Program-made: the position numbers and the translations under genes
The notes under the pieces: model-generated
The model's input: the letters and a program-made list of their open reading frames with translations, nothing else
Told to the model about the DNA's origin: nothing
Databases searched by the model: none
Part shown: positions 41,183 to 55,283 of the stretch, piece after piece
Position numbering within the stretch: position 1 is the stretch's first letter
How the letters are laid out: every line of letters begins with the position of its first letter
Assembly: GCF_006345805.1 (NCBI RefSeq)
Contig: NC_042998.1
Coordinates: 127,658,001 to 127,722,000 of the forward strand
DNA length: 64,000 nt
Source of the DNA: Octopus sinensis
Taxonomy: Eukaryota
Direction of reading: 5' to 3'

Positions 41183-41307
41183 CAAATATATCGTTAGATA
41201 GAGTGATAAATGAACATCCATGATAAATATCTGTCTTATACCTACTCAAACAAATCCACATTCTCACTACCTGTTTGGGACGATGTTGCTGTTATGCAAA
41301 TACTTAC

Positions 41308-41370
41308 CCAAGATTACTGATTCAAATATTTCTTTTCCTATCCCTTCTGTAATTACTAGGCCGGTATTTC
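41308..41370 (-). CDS. Candidate internal coding exon of an unidentified minus-strand gene
   Basis: Acceptor aatttactacAG, donor G|GTAAGT, 63 nt, symmetric phase 1-1, only one open frame: (G)NTGLVITEGIGKEIFESVIL. Confidence 0.35.
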
Positions 41371-42119
41371 CTGTAGTAAATTAATAAGCTGGATTGTCCT
41401 TTTCTCTTTTTTATACTACAGTTATCGATCTACAGAGATTCACATAGAACACCAATCACATAGATATCACCGATGTCGAAAAACCTACACGTACGCGGTC
41501 CTTCCTTTTAACTAATCAATAATGAAATAAAACTAATAAACGATATGTATAGAATATAAGAGCATGTGATGTGACTAGGCTAAAGCAAAACATATGTCCA
41601 TACACAATGTTGGAAAATAGAGTTCATCTGTGTGAACCTGGTCGTCTAGGTTCGAAGTCATATCTAGTGCTTATATGCTGAAAATAAAGTAAACAGTCCG
41701 CAGTTTAGGTAACTACAAAGGGGTTTTCTTCTAAGACGGCAGCCATGGTACATCTCATTTATGGAAGGAAAAGTATTGCTAATGTACATATTTTTATATG
41801 TATATGTATAAGCATTTTTTTAAACCAAGTAAAATACAGACTAGATTTGTCTTTCGGCGAAGAAGAGATTTATGTATGCAGTCACCTCCTGTAGTTTGTT
41901 TGCACAGATATGATTACGACATGTCACTAGCATTACTACTTTGAAAAGACAGTGGCATATAAGACTGAGATCGATAAAACTGAAGACGAAATACTGAAAG
42001 GATGTGATAGATTAAATATTGATTATTTCACACAAGAATTACTTCTTAGCTCTTAATCTGTTTTGTATATCCTCTGTACTGTTTCATCCTTCTTTTACTT
42101 CTTTGCGCCTCCTTCTCAT

Positions 42120-42276
42120 CATCCTCATCAACGCAAGCACTACGTTCATCATCATTATCATCATCGGCGGCGGCGGCGGCAGCGGAGGCAATACCACCAC
42201 CACTACCACCATAACCATCATCACCATCAGCAGCATCACCACCACCATCACTATCACCACCACCACCACCACCACC

Positions 42277-42336
<60 letters not shown>

Positions 42337-42352
42337 GTCATCATCATCATTC
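42120..42352. repeat. Compound trinucleotide repeat (CAT)n/(GGC)n/(CAC)n
   Basis: Direct tandem repeats; source of the poly-H/T/I/M pseudo-ORFs. Confidence 0.95.
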
Positions 42353-42508
42353 TAACACGTATAAATAAACATCGATAGCTGTAGAGCTGTCTATCAATCA
42401 AATTAGTACATCAATTAGCACATCAAATAATCTATTAAATATTAATGTATATACATTCCCCCATCTCTATCTGTATATGTACACACACACACACACACAC
42501 ACACACAG

Positions 42509-42589
<81 letters not shown>

Positions 42590-42699
42590 TAATCCAAACA
42601 TGAAAACACAAAGAGAGATATATACCTGCATGCATATATATTTGTGTATATGTGGTGTGCGTATGTATATACTCTAATTGAGACAGGAATTGCAGCTGG

Positions 42700-43110
42700 T
42701 GATTGAGGAAGATAGAATCTGATGGTAGTTCAAGGTATGGGAGGGAGAGAATGAAGTGTGAAAGAATTAGGGGGGAGCTTAGAAGGAGGGAACCTGTGGA
42801 AAGTGAGGGAGTGTGAAGGGGTTTGTGGGCAGAGGTGTTTGAGGCGTGCAGGTCTGGTGAGACATCAAAATGCTCACAGAAATCGACATATGATAAACAG
42901 TACCGTGGCTATTAAAATTCACAACAGAACATGTGTAAAATGTGGAAGGGTGTGCCTCTCAGCTGGACGTCTGAATATGATAAGAAATGATAAGAGAGTG
43001 CATATGGTGGCACCTGTTTCTTCTACCAGCCAGTACAGTTGTGCAGTATGTAATTAATTTGAAAAAGTTTCGCTGGGCTTTAAAGTCATATAAGGGCATC
43101 GCATGGCATT
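42700..43110 (+). mobile_element. RTE-type LINE 3' fragment with three degenerate C2H2 zinc fingers
   Basis: CEGVCGQRCLRRAGLVRHQNAH; CVKCGRVCLSAGRL..KRVH; CAVCN*..KSFAGL*SHIRASH; no splice acceptor; ends near (TA)n. Confidence 0.6.
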
Positions 43111-43180
43111 TATAATAAATAAATCTTTTCAGTAAGTCTTATTGGCAATGGCCTTTTCTCGTGTAACGACGGTGCAGCTA

Positions 43181-43309
<129 letters not shown>

Positions 43310-44034
43310 CAGATAGATAGATAGATAGATGTGCATACATACAAGTTTATATATATATATATATTCATACATTTATATTTACATTAAATACCTAGACATA
43401 AATAATTCATTGCTATGTAAACGAAAAAAATCAATTTCTACTAATGCTCCACGTACATATTTCTTGTGAAAGTATTAACAGCTGGGTCAAATAAAATGGC
43501 CATTGGAAGGTAAATGTCTTGATTGGGTCACTGTCGCATCACTCATTTTTGCATGAATAAGTATCAGTGATTTTCTCGACGGCTAGGCTAATACCCTACC
43601 AACACCATCAAATTATAGGGCGAATTACTTTACGCGGATGAAAGATTTATCATGGAATATAGGCATTTAGGTATAGGCTAGAGGTTTTGTATCTTCGTTT
43701 TCATTAATATAATCGAGGAAGATAAAAGTATGTCAATAATTGTTTTAGCTGCACGCTAAGGCACAAAGACACAAAGACAAGCATATAAGCACATAGACAA
43801 ACACACATATATATGTAGAGGTATAGGTTTCTGTGTGTCTCTGTATGTGTGTGTGTGCATATATATGTATGTATGTATGTATATATGCGTATATATACGT
43901 ATGAATGCATATATGTATGCACGTGTAAATATATATATATATATATATATATATTCATATTTATATATACATATATATATATATAATGTGTGTGTATTTA
44001 CATATATATGTATGTACATACATATGTATCTCTA

Positions 44035-44115
<81 letters not shown>

Positions 44116-44129
44116 CATATATATATCAG

Positions 44130-44530
44130 GGAGTATAACTCCAACTTACAGGGGAAAATTCAATTTAGTATTAACCAAATTTCACAATATAAATATATAA
44201 AATATAAATTAGAGATAAAACCACTATTATGCAACTCAAACAATGATAGACATAAACCAAATCATAAAAAAAACAAATAATATATATTTTTATAAAACAT
44301 ATAACTAGATCTCAAAAAAGTATTAAAAGGAATGATCAATATATATCCCAATGAATTAAGTATAATTTGAAGTGGGAGATAATTTCTAAGGCGAAATCAT
44401 ATAATATAGGTAGTAATTCCTGTTTTTTTATGTTCTAGTGAATTAAAGAAATATTATTTAATAATCATAATAAATTAGTTAATTCATTGGACGAGCGTAA
44501 AATTAAATGTAGATACAAATTACTTTACCT
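44130..44530 (+). mobile_element. AT-eroded Naiad-type GIY-YIG C-terminal relic
   Basis: YNLKWEIISKAKSYNIGSNSCF-(shift)-LCSSEL and LVNSLDERKIKCRYK parallel FKLRWSIIGSAAPY..CQLC.EL..LINKRSE..CIHK of the intact copy. Confidence 0.65.
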
Positions 44531-44775
44531 TTATAATATATTTTTAGATAAACAGTGACTATATTTAAACCCTCTTTTGTTTCTAATTTGTAGTTATATT
44601 TTGTACTAGTGTTAATTCTAAAATTTAGCATGTGATTTTATATTGCATTTTACACAATTTAATAAGTCTATATTAATATTTATTATTAAATAAATTAATT
44701 AATAAATTAATTAATTAGTTATAGTAGTGTTGTGATTGCACTACTGTAGGTGGTTTGAGTATAAGTCAATAAGAG

Positions 44776-44840
44776 TTTTGATTTTGATTTTGATTTTACC
44801 AGTTTCAGCTTACGAGCTGTGGCCATGCTGGGGCACCGCC
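44776..44840 (-). mobile_element. SINE 3' tail with normal GC content inside the AT-eroded block
   Basis: Reverse complement ggcggtgccccagcatggccacagctcgtaagctgaaactgg plus (TCAAAA)n tail. Confidence 0.75.
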
Positions 44841-44859
44841 ATTTTATAGTTAGTAATGG

Positions 44860-46615
44860 TTGTTTAAATATTTAGAGTTAGATTATATTTAGATGTTTAT
44901 TTTATTACTAAATGTATTATTTATTTAATGAATATAGATTAAAAGTTAATTAATTCGTTTTTTGTGGTTAATATTGTTATTATTATTATGCTTCTTATAT
45001 ATCTGCTGAAATTAATAGAATTAAGTATATATATATATATATATATATATAGATATATATATATATATTGGTAATAGTCTTAGTAACGTTAAATAAATAA
45101 TTTTGAATATGTAGTAAAATAATTTTTTCTTTATGTACTATTTATTTTAATGATAATATGTACTTTATTTATTCAATTAATGAGCGAAGTATTTGATCTA
45201 CATATAAATTACTTTACCTATATAATAAATTTAATTTATTATCTTAGCATTTGTTTTGAGTAGTAATATGATACATAATATATATTTGTTATAAACGATA
45301 GTTAAGTTTATAGTTTGTAATAATTTTATTATATTAATCAAAATGTATTTATATTATTTATTTCGAATTAGATTTACTTAGATGTTTATTTAATTAATTA
45401 ATATTATTTATTAATGAATTTTAATTACATTATAGTTTTTAAATTAACTTAATTTTATTAATTAGTAGTTATAATACAGATACTGATTGAATTACTACTG
45501 AGTTAAGACTGAACGTGTCTAAAAGTTGTTTCATTTAAATAATGATTTGACTCCAAAGTAACCATATTTTTTATATATATGAAATAAATTAATTTGTATA
45601 AGATTATTAGATAATATACAGTAAATAGTAGTTATATAAATTATTTTAATTTATAGAGTTTTGACTATAATTTATCGTAGTTAATTCTAAATTTTAGGTT
45701 TATAGTGAAAGATATTATAGTGTATAGGGATTCTATTCTCTATTAGTGACTTTATTCTCTTTATCTATTAAAGCTAAAATATATGCGTAGTTTGTTCTAT
45801 TTCTGTTAATAACGTAATTCCACGAATTTTCTTATAAACGCTTAAAAAGACGTTTTCCGTTTTCAAATTTTAGTTAATGACACGCTTTTCGAGAGATGAG
45901 TGAACTTTTTTATTTAAGAAATATTATTGTATTCTATATAACTATTGATTGTTAAATTCGAATTTATAATTATTTTAGTTGTTAATGATAATTTAGATAT
46001 GTACATTTATTTAATCATTATTAGCATATAATTACTGTAACTTAACGTAAATTTTAAGATATTAGTTAGTCACTTTGTGATATAGATCGTAAGAATGTTT
46101 ATGATAATAGTGGTGATAATAGTGTTGATAATAGTAATAATAAATATTTTATAAAGATAGGTTATACGTTTTTTATTTGAATTTTTCAATTCTTAAATTG
46201 TATTTCATAAATATATTCTATAGATATCTATTATATTTATGTAAGTAATAATGGACTAATTTACTTTTGGTTATATGTTTATACATTTATTGATAGAGAA
46301 AATTTTAGATTTTTAATTACTATATTTGTTTATTATAATTTAGATACTTATTTTATGTATTTATTATTTTATAATTATCATATGCGAACTTAAATCTAAA
46401 AATATTAATAGTGATTATTTTGTTAAATAATTTGGTAATTAAATATTGGAGTATAACTGAGTTAAAGATATTCGATAGTTTATCAATGTTTTTTTAAGCC
46501 AAATTATATCTTTACAGATAAATACATATTTCTATCTATTTTTTGTTAACTTAAATATTAAATATTTAACATAATAAATGTGTTGTAGGAAATAATCCTA
46601 ATGTTTTAAGTTTCA
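44860..46615 (-). mobile_element. Extremely AT-eroded Penelope/Poseidon-type RT relic
   Basis: Ordered minus-strand remnants PKI..LR*II (45675-45698), MVT(F/D)VKSLF (45537-45565) and YVD (45196-45204), at spacing roughly compatible with PLE RT. Confidence 0.5.
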
Positions 46616-46619
46616 AATT

Positions 46620-48450
46620 TAGTTTAATGGATTTTTTTTTCTATACGTAATCTCATGTATTGCATGATCCTTTTTCTCCCTTTTTTGGTATGCTGAGCGT
46701 GTGACATCCAGGTCTTCTTTGAAGTATGTTAGTCTCGCTGATTCGGGGTTGTATAGGAAGTCATCAGGAAGAGAGTGCCTCCTAAGGAATTCGCTGCCGA
46801 CTTTTAGAATATTGCTATCCTCACTTTTCAGCATGAAGTAAATGTACTTCTTTTTGTTGCTGTCTTATATTCTCTGAAAGAGACTATACGATATTTGGAA
46901 GCTGTCTGCACTGACCTCAACCATCTTACTTAGGTAGAGCCTATCGATATCACTATTTCTGTGGAAGTTTTTAGTTGATGTTAGTATCTTACAACTTTTA
47001 ACGTCTATGGAATAGATTTCTCCAACAGACCAGTCCAGGATGCTAAATGTTGGAATCAACGTTGGTACTGCAAATACATTGAGCATTATTTTCTTGTAAA
47101 AGGAGAGTTCCCACTACCATATTTTTTAAGGCTGGCATATCATTCTCGGGTCACTGTATCTTTATTCACAGTACCTTTGTATGATGTTCTCATCAATGCC
47201 AAGGTACTTGTACCAATCATTGTGTGAGACAAGGGAGATAGTTGGACTAATGATGCACAGATGTAGGGTCTGGAGGGTGTTTTTCTGGGTTCAACAATCA
47301 AATATCAGCATTTCTTTTGTCCAAATTTCATTCCTATCTCGGCTGAAAATTTCATTAATTCCGGGTGTTCTTGGAACTGTTAACATTCGTAGCATAAATC
47401 TTGAGGTCATCCACAAGCAAATTACATTAATAACTGTAGCAGTTGTAGAACCTAGCATGTAGCCATTTGATTTTTGTAACAGGTGTGATAATAGATTGAA
47501 CACCAAAATGAGCAGAATTACAGAAAGACTATCTCCTTGGAATATTTCCTTTGAAATAATTATAACTTTGGAAACGATCGTTCCACTCTTAGTTCTAAGT
47601 GTAAGACTTGTTGTCCAGGTCTTTGTGAGACTCTCAATAGCGGCAATTGAGGTAGCAGGCACTTTTGCCAATTGGAGACACTTCAGAAATCGTCGTGCGA
47701 GGTGAATACTCAAACACTTTTCTATAATCAAGCCATAGAGTTCCAAGACTCCTACGGTGTTTTTTCACTTCAGTACATCTTGTGTTATCAAAAGTTGTTC
47801 GGCACATTCTGACACTCCTTTCTTTCTATTGTTTTGTTCAACCTTCAGTATGTCGTTGGACCAACAACGATCCTGGTGAAACCGGTTGAAACAGCTTGTG
47901 TGCAGCTTCTATATATCGTTTAGGCAATCAATGAACCTATAGATTTCTGCCAATTCGGTAGTTTCGTTCTAAGCTACGTGACTCATCCGTGCTATAGCCA
48001 GCGAAATTGATGTCTATCTGCTCCTTCATAGTTCTTGTGACGTCAGTCTCATGTAAGAGTATCCAAATATTAGGTCCCTTCCAGGTGCCTTCCCATTATG
48101 TACTTTGCCTACAGCTACGGCGAAAATTTCCGGATCAATTGCATGTTGTTGTTGGTGGTGCAGTTTCTTTTTACTGCATTTAACCACGACGAATTAAGGT
48201 TGAAATCCCACTCTCCGTTAGAGATTTTCAATCAGAATAATTGAAGATCTTCTGAGAGCAGGCTTTCTTAATGATATTTCCCTTCCTCATCTCTTTGTTT
48301 AATTATCTGTACGTAAAAAGCAAACATGATTTATACAGGCTCGCTCAACAATTCGCTTGCTGTAGCGAAAAACTTTGCTCAGCGCCCTGAGTTAATGTTT
48401 TAGAGTAATTAACCTCTTCCTAAGAGTTTGGTGTGAAGAGTTATCATAGA
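46620..48450 (-). mobile_element. Degenerate R4/Dong-clade LINE RT fragment
   Basis: KAPGRD, CAEQLLI..WLDYRKVF, IFQGDSLS, NVFAVPTL..DWS..IDVK..HRNSDIDRLYL; many stops and frameshifts. Confidence 0.87.
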
Positions 48451-48574
48451 GCTTTGTTAATTTATTCATAAGATGCAATTAATGAGGTGTAAACTCATTA
48501 TTCTTCTTACATTTTATTATCCTGATTAACATTCTAATATTCAGAGCAGATTGTTGATTATTTTTCAGGTTGTA

Positions 48575-49030
48575 CGTATGTATGCATGCATGTATGTTTG
48601 TATGTATGTATGTATGTATGCATGCATGTATGTTTGTATGTATGTATGTATTTATGCATGCATGTATGTATGTATGTATGTATGTATGCATGCATGTATG
48701 TATGTATGTATGTATGTATGTATGTATGTATGTATGTATGTATGTATGTATGTATGTATGCATGTACGTTTGTATGTATGTATGTATTTATGCATGCCTG
48801 TGTATGTATGTATGTATGCATGTATGTTTGTATGTTTGTATGTAGGTATGTATTTATGCATGCATGTGTATGTATGTATGTATGCATGTATGCTTGTATG
48901 TATGTATGTATTTATGCATGCATGTATGCATGCATGTGTGTGTATGCATGTATGTATGTATACATGTATGTATGTATGTATGTATGTATGTATGTATGTA
49001 TGTATGTATGTATGTACGTATGTATGTATG
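48575..49030. repeat. Complex (TATG)n/(CATG)n tetranucleotide satellite, ~450 bp
   Basis: Direct tandem repeats. Confidence 0.96.
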
Positions 49031-49129
49031 CATATTTGAACTAATAAGTGAAACGGTGTATATAACAATGAACGTATAAAAGAGACAAAACTGGAAATAC
49101 TTATTACCAGCCTTGTTAACCGGACTCAT

Positions 49130-49317
49130 TACAGATTCAGCTCTTCCGGCAAGTGCCAGTGATTACAGTAAACATTAAGGTAGAAAGCGAATCATTTTCC
49201 TAAATTAATACGCAAAGGCTGGCTTCTTCCGACTAGAACGAACGAAACGGATAAAATCCGATGCGTTACTTAATAAAAAAGAGATAATTTTCTTCAACTA
49301 AGCTCGAAACAAAGAGG
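49130..49317 (+). other. Candidate first (non-coding) exon / promoter-proximal region of a plus-strand transcript
   Basis: Unique, relatively CpG-rich sequence ending in a consensus donor GG|GTAAGC at 49317/49318; start uncertain. Confidence 0.25.
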
Positions 49318-49559
49318 GTAAGCCAGGAACAAATAGATACCGAGACTTTTATGAAAATCCCTTCTGCGTGGGACAGGACCTATGATCAGTTAGAAGTTCG
49401 CGAGAAGAAAGGACAAGACGATGGCACGGTATGAAAACTAGGTGTAACCGTTGGGTGCTAATACGGGAGTAGCTGTATGGGAGAAAGTAGGTGATAGTAA
49501 GAGGAGAGAGAGAGGAAAGGAATATGTTGCTGCGAACTTCCGTATCTAAATGGTGGTTT

Positions 49560-49925
49560 GTTTTATCGACAAATTTAGCTTTGGCGTGAAGTGAATTCAG
49601 AACTGGAATAGCCGAAACAAATACTGCCAGACATTTTGTTTGACGCAGTAACGATACCACCCAATTCACCAACGAATAATATTGAAAGCACAAAGCCAAA
49701 CATTTTTATCTGCAAATATTATTTCCAATATCATTAGAGCCTCAGACAAAATGCCGGACAGTATTTGTTCCGGCTATTTATGTTTTGAATTTATTTCCCA
49801 CCGAGGTTAGCTTTGTTTTCCATCCTTCCAAGGTCAATAAAATAAATACCAATTAAATATTGGGGTCGATATTATCAACTGCTACCTTCTCTTGAATTTG
49901 TGGCCTCGTGCCTATGTACCAAATC
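49560..49925. mobile_element. Two diverged SINE copies head-to-head (49560-49675 minus, 49740-49925 plus)
   Basis: Both match the SINE family at 58075-58710, in opposite orientations. Confidence 0.6.
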
Positions 49926-50289
49926 AATAATATTTGCATGTAGGAAAGCACTGTAATCATTAAGGAGCATCAAATCAATACGCAAAAACAAATAAACAGA
50001 TAAATATATTCTGCTCTTGTTCGTTACACAACCATGATGGCAAAGTGACACAATCTAGCTAATATTGAAACAAGCTTAATTACGTACACATAAATCATCT
50101 GTCGGATTCACTAATGAATTTAATAAAACTATTTCACGGTGTCTCTCTCATTTTGCACAGATACAAATTCTAACACACACACACACACCTGCGCGCGCAC
50201 ATACATATATGTACATAATACATGCATACATACATAATATATAAATACATACAGACCTATATACATATATAATATATATATGCATACAC

Positions 50290-50321
<32 letters not shown>

Positions 50322-50322
50322 T

Positions 50323-50425
<103 letters not shown>

Positions 50426-50735
50426 CATATACATATATATATATATTCATATAAATGAAATGTGTTCATTAAACATTACGCATATACAGGTACGAGCGTA
50501 TATGTGCGCGCATGCAGTTGGTGTATGGGCGCGTGAATGACTGTAATATGTAATATATTATATTGTATTGACACTAGCAGACGTTTTAATCGACTTTTAT
50601 TAAAATAAAAATGGCTGTTCTATGTTATAATATCAATCGATTGTTCCTTCCAATGTTTCATTAACGTTGTCATAGCTGTGTATATCAGTGGTTGAGAGTC
50701 TGACATTGGAGTAATTTTCTCTTATCACTCTCCAG

Positions 50736-50812
50736 ATTATGAATAGATCCGTTTCAGTTAAGACGGATTTATATTAGTCATGGCAGTCATACTACTGAAC
50801 CGTCTTCTATCC
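50736..50812 (+). other. Candidate 77-nt exon (5' UTR or start-codon exon)
   Basis: Acceptor ttttctcttatcactctccAG, donor CC|GTAAGT; contains gtcATGG starting MAVILLNRLLS. Confidence 0.4.
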
Positions 50813-51513
50813 GTAAGTGAGCTCTGTTCTCATTACCTATATATCGTATGTAGAGACATGTACTCATGAGGGTACGTGTGAGCGTGCGCACCATGTGTGT
50901 GAGCGTGTGTGCATGTGTGTGCGTGCATGTGTGTGTGTGCGTGCATGTGTGTGTATGTTGATCCGGATGGATCGATATTGTTTCTAAGTAAGTTTTCTGT
51001 TTTAATTTTACAGAATTCAAGTTGGTCAGAATTGTGTGTATGAATTAATATGTGTGTGTGTGCGTGTGCATGTGTGTGTATGTATTATGTATGTATGTAG
51101 ATATATATATTTTTATATATGTATGTATAGACACATACATACATACAAACTTACATACATATATATATATATATATGTTCATATGTATACACACATACAT
51201 ACACGCATAAATACATGTGTGTATATGTGTGTGTGTGTGTGTGTGAAAAATCACAAGCCTAATTTTGTGAGTAAGGAATCTGGTAGGCTGGTCACCTTCT
51301 CCAAATCGTATATTGGAAATACCAATAAAAGAATAATTTAGTAAGAGGCAAGATTATACCTATATTCATAACTAATATTGAATTTAATTTATGGTCTTTC
51401 TCCGTAGAAGTTATGAGCTGGTTCAAAGGCTTAAAAATTGGAAGCTATATTAAATTTACGCAAATAGTCATTGTTGGTTATTACTCCTCTCATATCTGTA
51501 TTCTTCTCAACAG

Positions 51514-51582
51514 ATCTTTAATTTCTGCGATGAAAAACTCAAAATTATCTAGACATGAAGTAGATACTATGTTAGCTGCTAG
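51514..51582 (+). CDS. Candidate exon containing ATG (51530): MKNSKLSRHEVDTMLAA(R)
   Basis: Acceptor ctgtattcttctcaacAG, donor AG|GTAAAA; ends in phase 2, compatible with the exon at 56863. Confidence 0.4.
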
Positions 51583-52117
51583 GTAAAATATCATTGAATT
51601 CGAAGTTATACACTGGAAAAGATAGAACAGGCCTAACAAGTTACCAGTGTTTCGAATAACTCAGCGTAGTCACTGATCTAGTAGATATATACGCATTGAA
51701 CGTAGTGTATGGCCTGTACAGAAAAATACGCTGCTTATTTTCTCCAATTGTAATAACTTGAAACTTAAAAAGAATAGATAGAATTTAGAAATTTATTCAG
51801 TGATATAGGATTGTCTCTGACGTGAGGAAATAACTGTGAGTTAGCTAATTTTCTTGATGTAATATTAGATATTATTACGATCCTACATCGTCAGCACATA
51901 AACACATTGAGAATCTACAATGCGTTAACAATAAATTCAATCACTTTAAAGCAGTTATTAAGTCTTCTTTAAAGGCGTTTCATCTAGAATATCCAGACTT
52001 TCCGAACATGTGTTGATTTTCGCTGAAAACGAGGACTACTATAACGTAACTTTAGTAGGGGTGAACCATACCTAATACATTCAGTACATTCTGAACTACA
52101 GTGTTTCTTTTATATAG

Positions 52118-52205
52118 AAAGCGTGTGACGGGCGGCGTTTTCAAGTAGAAAGACTTCGTAATACGGCCAATCTGGGAAGGTTTTATCACAATAACTGCAA
52201 CATGA
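52118..52205 (+). CDS. Weak candidate exon KACDGRRFQVERLRNTANLGRFYHNNCNM
   Basis: Acceptor gtttctttttatatAG, donor A|GTAAGA, open phase 0 to 1; joins 50736-50812 in frame but not 51514-51582. Confidence 0.2.
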
Positions 52206-53169
52206 GTAAGAATACTATTCATCAATGGCTCCATTCTGAACTTCCTGGAATATTTGTTAACATAGATAGCCAAAAGCAACACTAAGGAACGATAAGTCCT
52301 ACAGACGATAACATGAATTATACTCTCTCTAAATAAATAGTACAAACACAAAAAAAGAGTTGTACAGAATGTGTAACTTTAGGTATCCTTCTTAGTGCCC
52401 TTTAAATTGCTGATGGCTTAGAACTAATTTAATATATAAATGTTCACCCGATAAAGTAAATTAATATATAGGTGGATAAATATATATATAAATGTGAATG
52501 TCATATTTGTGAAAATTACTTCATGAATAGCAGAAAAGAAGCTAGTTTTATTTGGAATCTCAGAGCGAAGAATATGGTAGGTCGTAATATGTACTGCACT
52601 TTCGTACAGAATATCTATTCATACGTATGTACGCATACATATGCGTGTGTGTGTGTGTGTGTGCCTGTGTGTGTGTGTGTGCGTGCATGCGCGTGCGTGT
52701 GTGTGCGAGCGTGCGTGTGTGTTTCTAAGAATAAGAAATTGCACAAAAGGATGACAAAGGAACCGATGGAAAATTACATGGACATGCTCATCCCTGATCC
52801 AAAAATCTAAGACTCATAGTTATATCGCACAATTATCGATCAAGTTGTTTATTTTGCTAATGTCAACAGCAAAAAAACTGCTGGGATAAATGAGCAAACA
52901 TGAAAAAATGATGAACTTGAAAAGGAATGTAGGGAGATAGAAAGATAGAAAGAAGAAAAGATAGAGTTGAAGTAATTCTCTATAATCTTTTTCTACCTCT
53001 ATCCGCATTTCCCCTTTTTGCATTTTACTTCTATTTCTTCTTTTGCTTTCCAGGAGCCTTTCCCCTGCCTTTATCTCTATTTCTTTACTACCCGTTCTCT
53101 CTCTCTCTCTTTCACTTCTTCCGAAATGTACCAGGTGACCATCACGTTTCATTACTCATTCATTGTCTA

Positions 53170-53218
<49 letters not shown>

Positions 53219-53296
53219 GTGTGTGTGTGTATTTATGCACACTCGCACACGCATATAAATATATATAGCTAGCTAGATAGATAGATAGATAGAAAA

Positions 53297-53363
<67 letters not shown>

Positions 53364-54236
53364 TGAGGTACACACCGTTATACATGATCGGTTTCTCGGC
53401 GGCACCCTTCAATTAGTTCTGATTTCAACACAAATAGACATGTCTATTACCAGCATAAATTACGTTCTTCGTGCTTCAAGTATACTCGTATTATTTATCA
53501 TAATTATATATCGAGGTCTGTTTTTTTCTTTCTTCCAGTCATTAGATAGAATGTAGACATGTGTCAACAACTCGAAATAGGTTCTCCATACATCAGACTC
53601 CACCCAAGCTGAAGATACAAGTGTACTAAGCAACGCATAAGTATCTGTATCAATATACGTAGTTCTACGTTTATGGTTGTACGATATCATGCTCTTATAT
53701 ATATATGTATGTGCTTATGCATATGTATACATGTCACCATGTATGTATCTTTGTGTACAAAAATAAAATGATGAAACGTATGAATCTACATTTTCAGGCG
53801 TCAAAACGATGTACAAGACTCGATTTAGTCAAACTTAGTTTGTGTAATTTAATCTTCTGTCCATTTGGTTATATATTTATTCATTTGTATATATAGATAT
53901 CGATCTGTTTAACTAATAATAAAATAATCTATTTATTTCACTCCCTTCACAATACTTCCTTTTCTCCATTATCAAATCCCCTGTTTCATCTTCACAATAT
54001 CTAAAATTTTAGATTCAGTGTGTCTATATATATATATAAATACGTGTGTATGTATATGTATGTGTCTGTGTGGATGTATATGTATGTAGTCATATATATG
54101 TGTGTATGTATGTACAGACATACAGACATACATAAAAATGTATATGCATGTCCATATTCATATACATAAATACATACACGTAAACACACATTACCCATAT
54201 ATGTGTATACATATATATATATACACACACACACAC

Positions 54237-54267
<31 letters not shown>

Positions 54268-54379
54268 GTGTGTATGTGTGTGTGTGTGTGTATTTATGCA
54301 CACTCGCACACGCATATAAATATATATAGCTAGCTAGATAGATAGATAGATAGAAAAATAGATAGATAGATAGATAGAT

Positions 54380-54411
<32 letters not shown>

Positions 54412-55283
54412 GATAGATAGATAGATAGATAGATATGAGGTACACACCGTTATACATGATCGGTTTCTCGGCGGCACCCTTCAATTAGTTCTGATTTCAA
54501 CACAAATAGACATGTCTATTACCAGCATAAATTACGTTCTTCGTGCTTCAAGTATACTCGTATTATTTATCATAAATTATATATCGAGGTCTGTTTTTTT
54601 CTTTCTTCCCAGTCATTAGATAGAATGTAGACATGTGTCAACAACTCGAAATAGGTTCTCCATACATCAGACTCCACCCAAGCTGAAGATACAAGTGTAC
54701 TAAGCAACGCATAAGTATCTGTATCAATATACGTAGTTCTACGTTTATGGTTGTACGATATCATGCTCTTATATATATATGTATGTGCTTATGCATATGT
54801 ATACATGTCACCATGTATGTATCTTTGTGTACAAAAATAAAATGATGAAACGTATGAATCTACATTTTCAGGCGTCAAAACGATGTACAAGACTCGATTT
54901 AGTCAAACTTAGTTTGTGTAATTTAATCTCTGTCCATTTGGTTATATATTTATTCATTTGTATATATAGATATCGATCTGTTTAACTAATAATAAAATAA
55001 TCTATTTATTTCACTCCCTTCACAATACTTCCTTTTCTCCATTATCAAATCCCCTGTTTCATCTTCACAATATCTAAAATTTTAGATTCAGTGTGTCTAT
55101 ATATATATATAAATACGTGTGTATGTATATGTATGTGTCTGTGTGGATGTATATGTATGTAGTCATATATATGTGTGTATGTATGTACAGACATACAGAC
55201 ATACATAAAAATGTATATGCATGTCCATATTCATATACATAAATACATACACGTAAACACACATTACCCATATATGTGTATAC

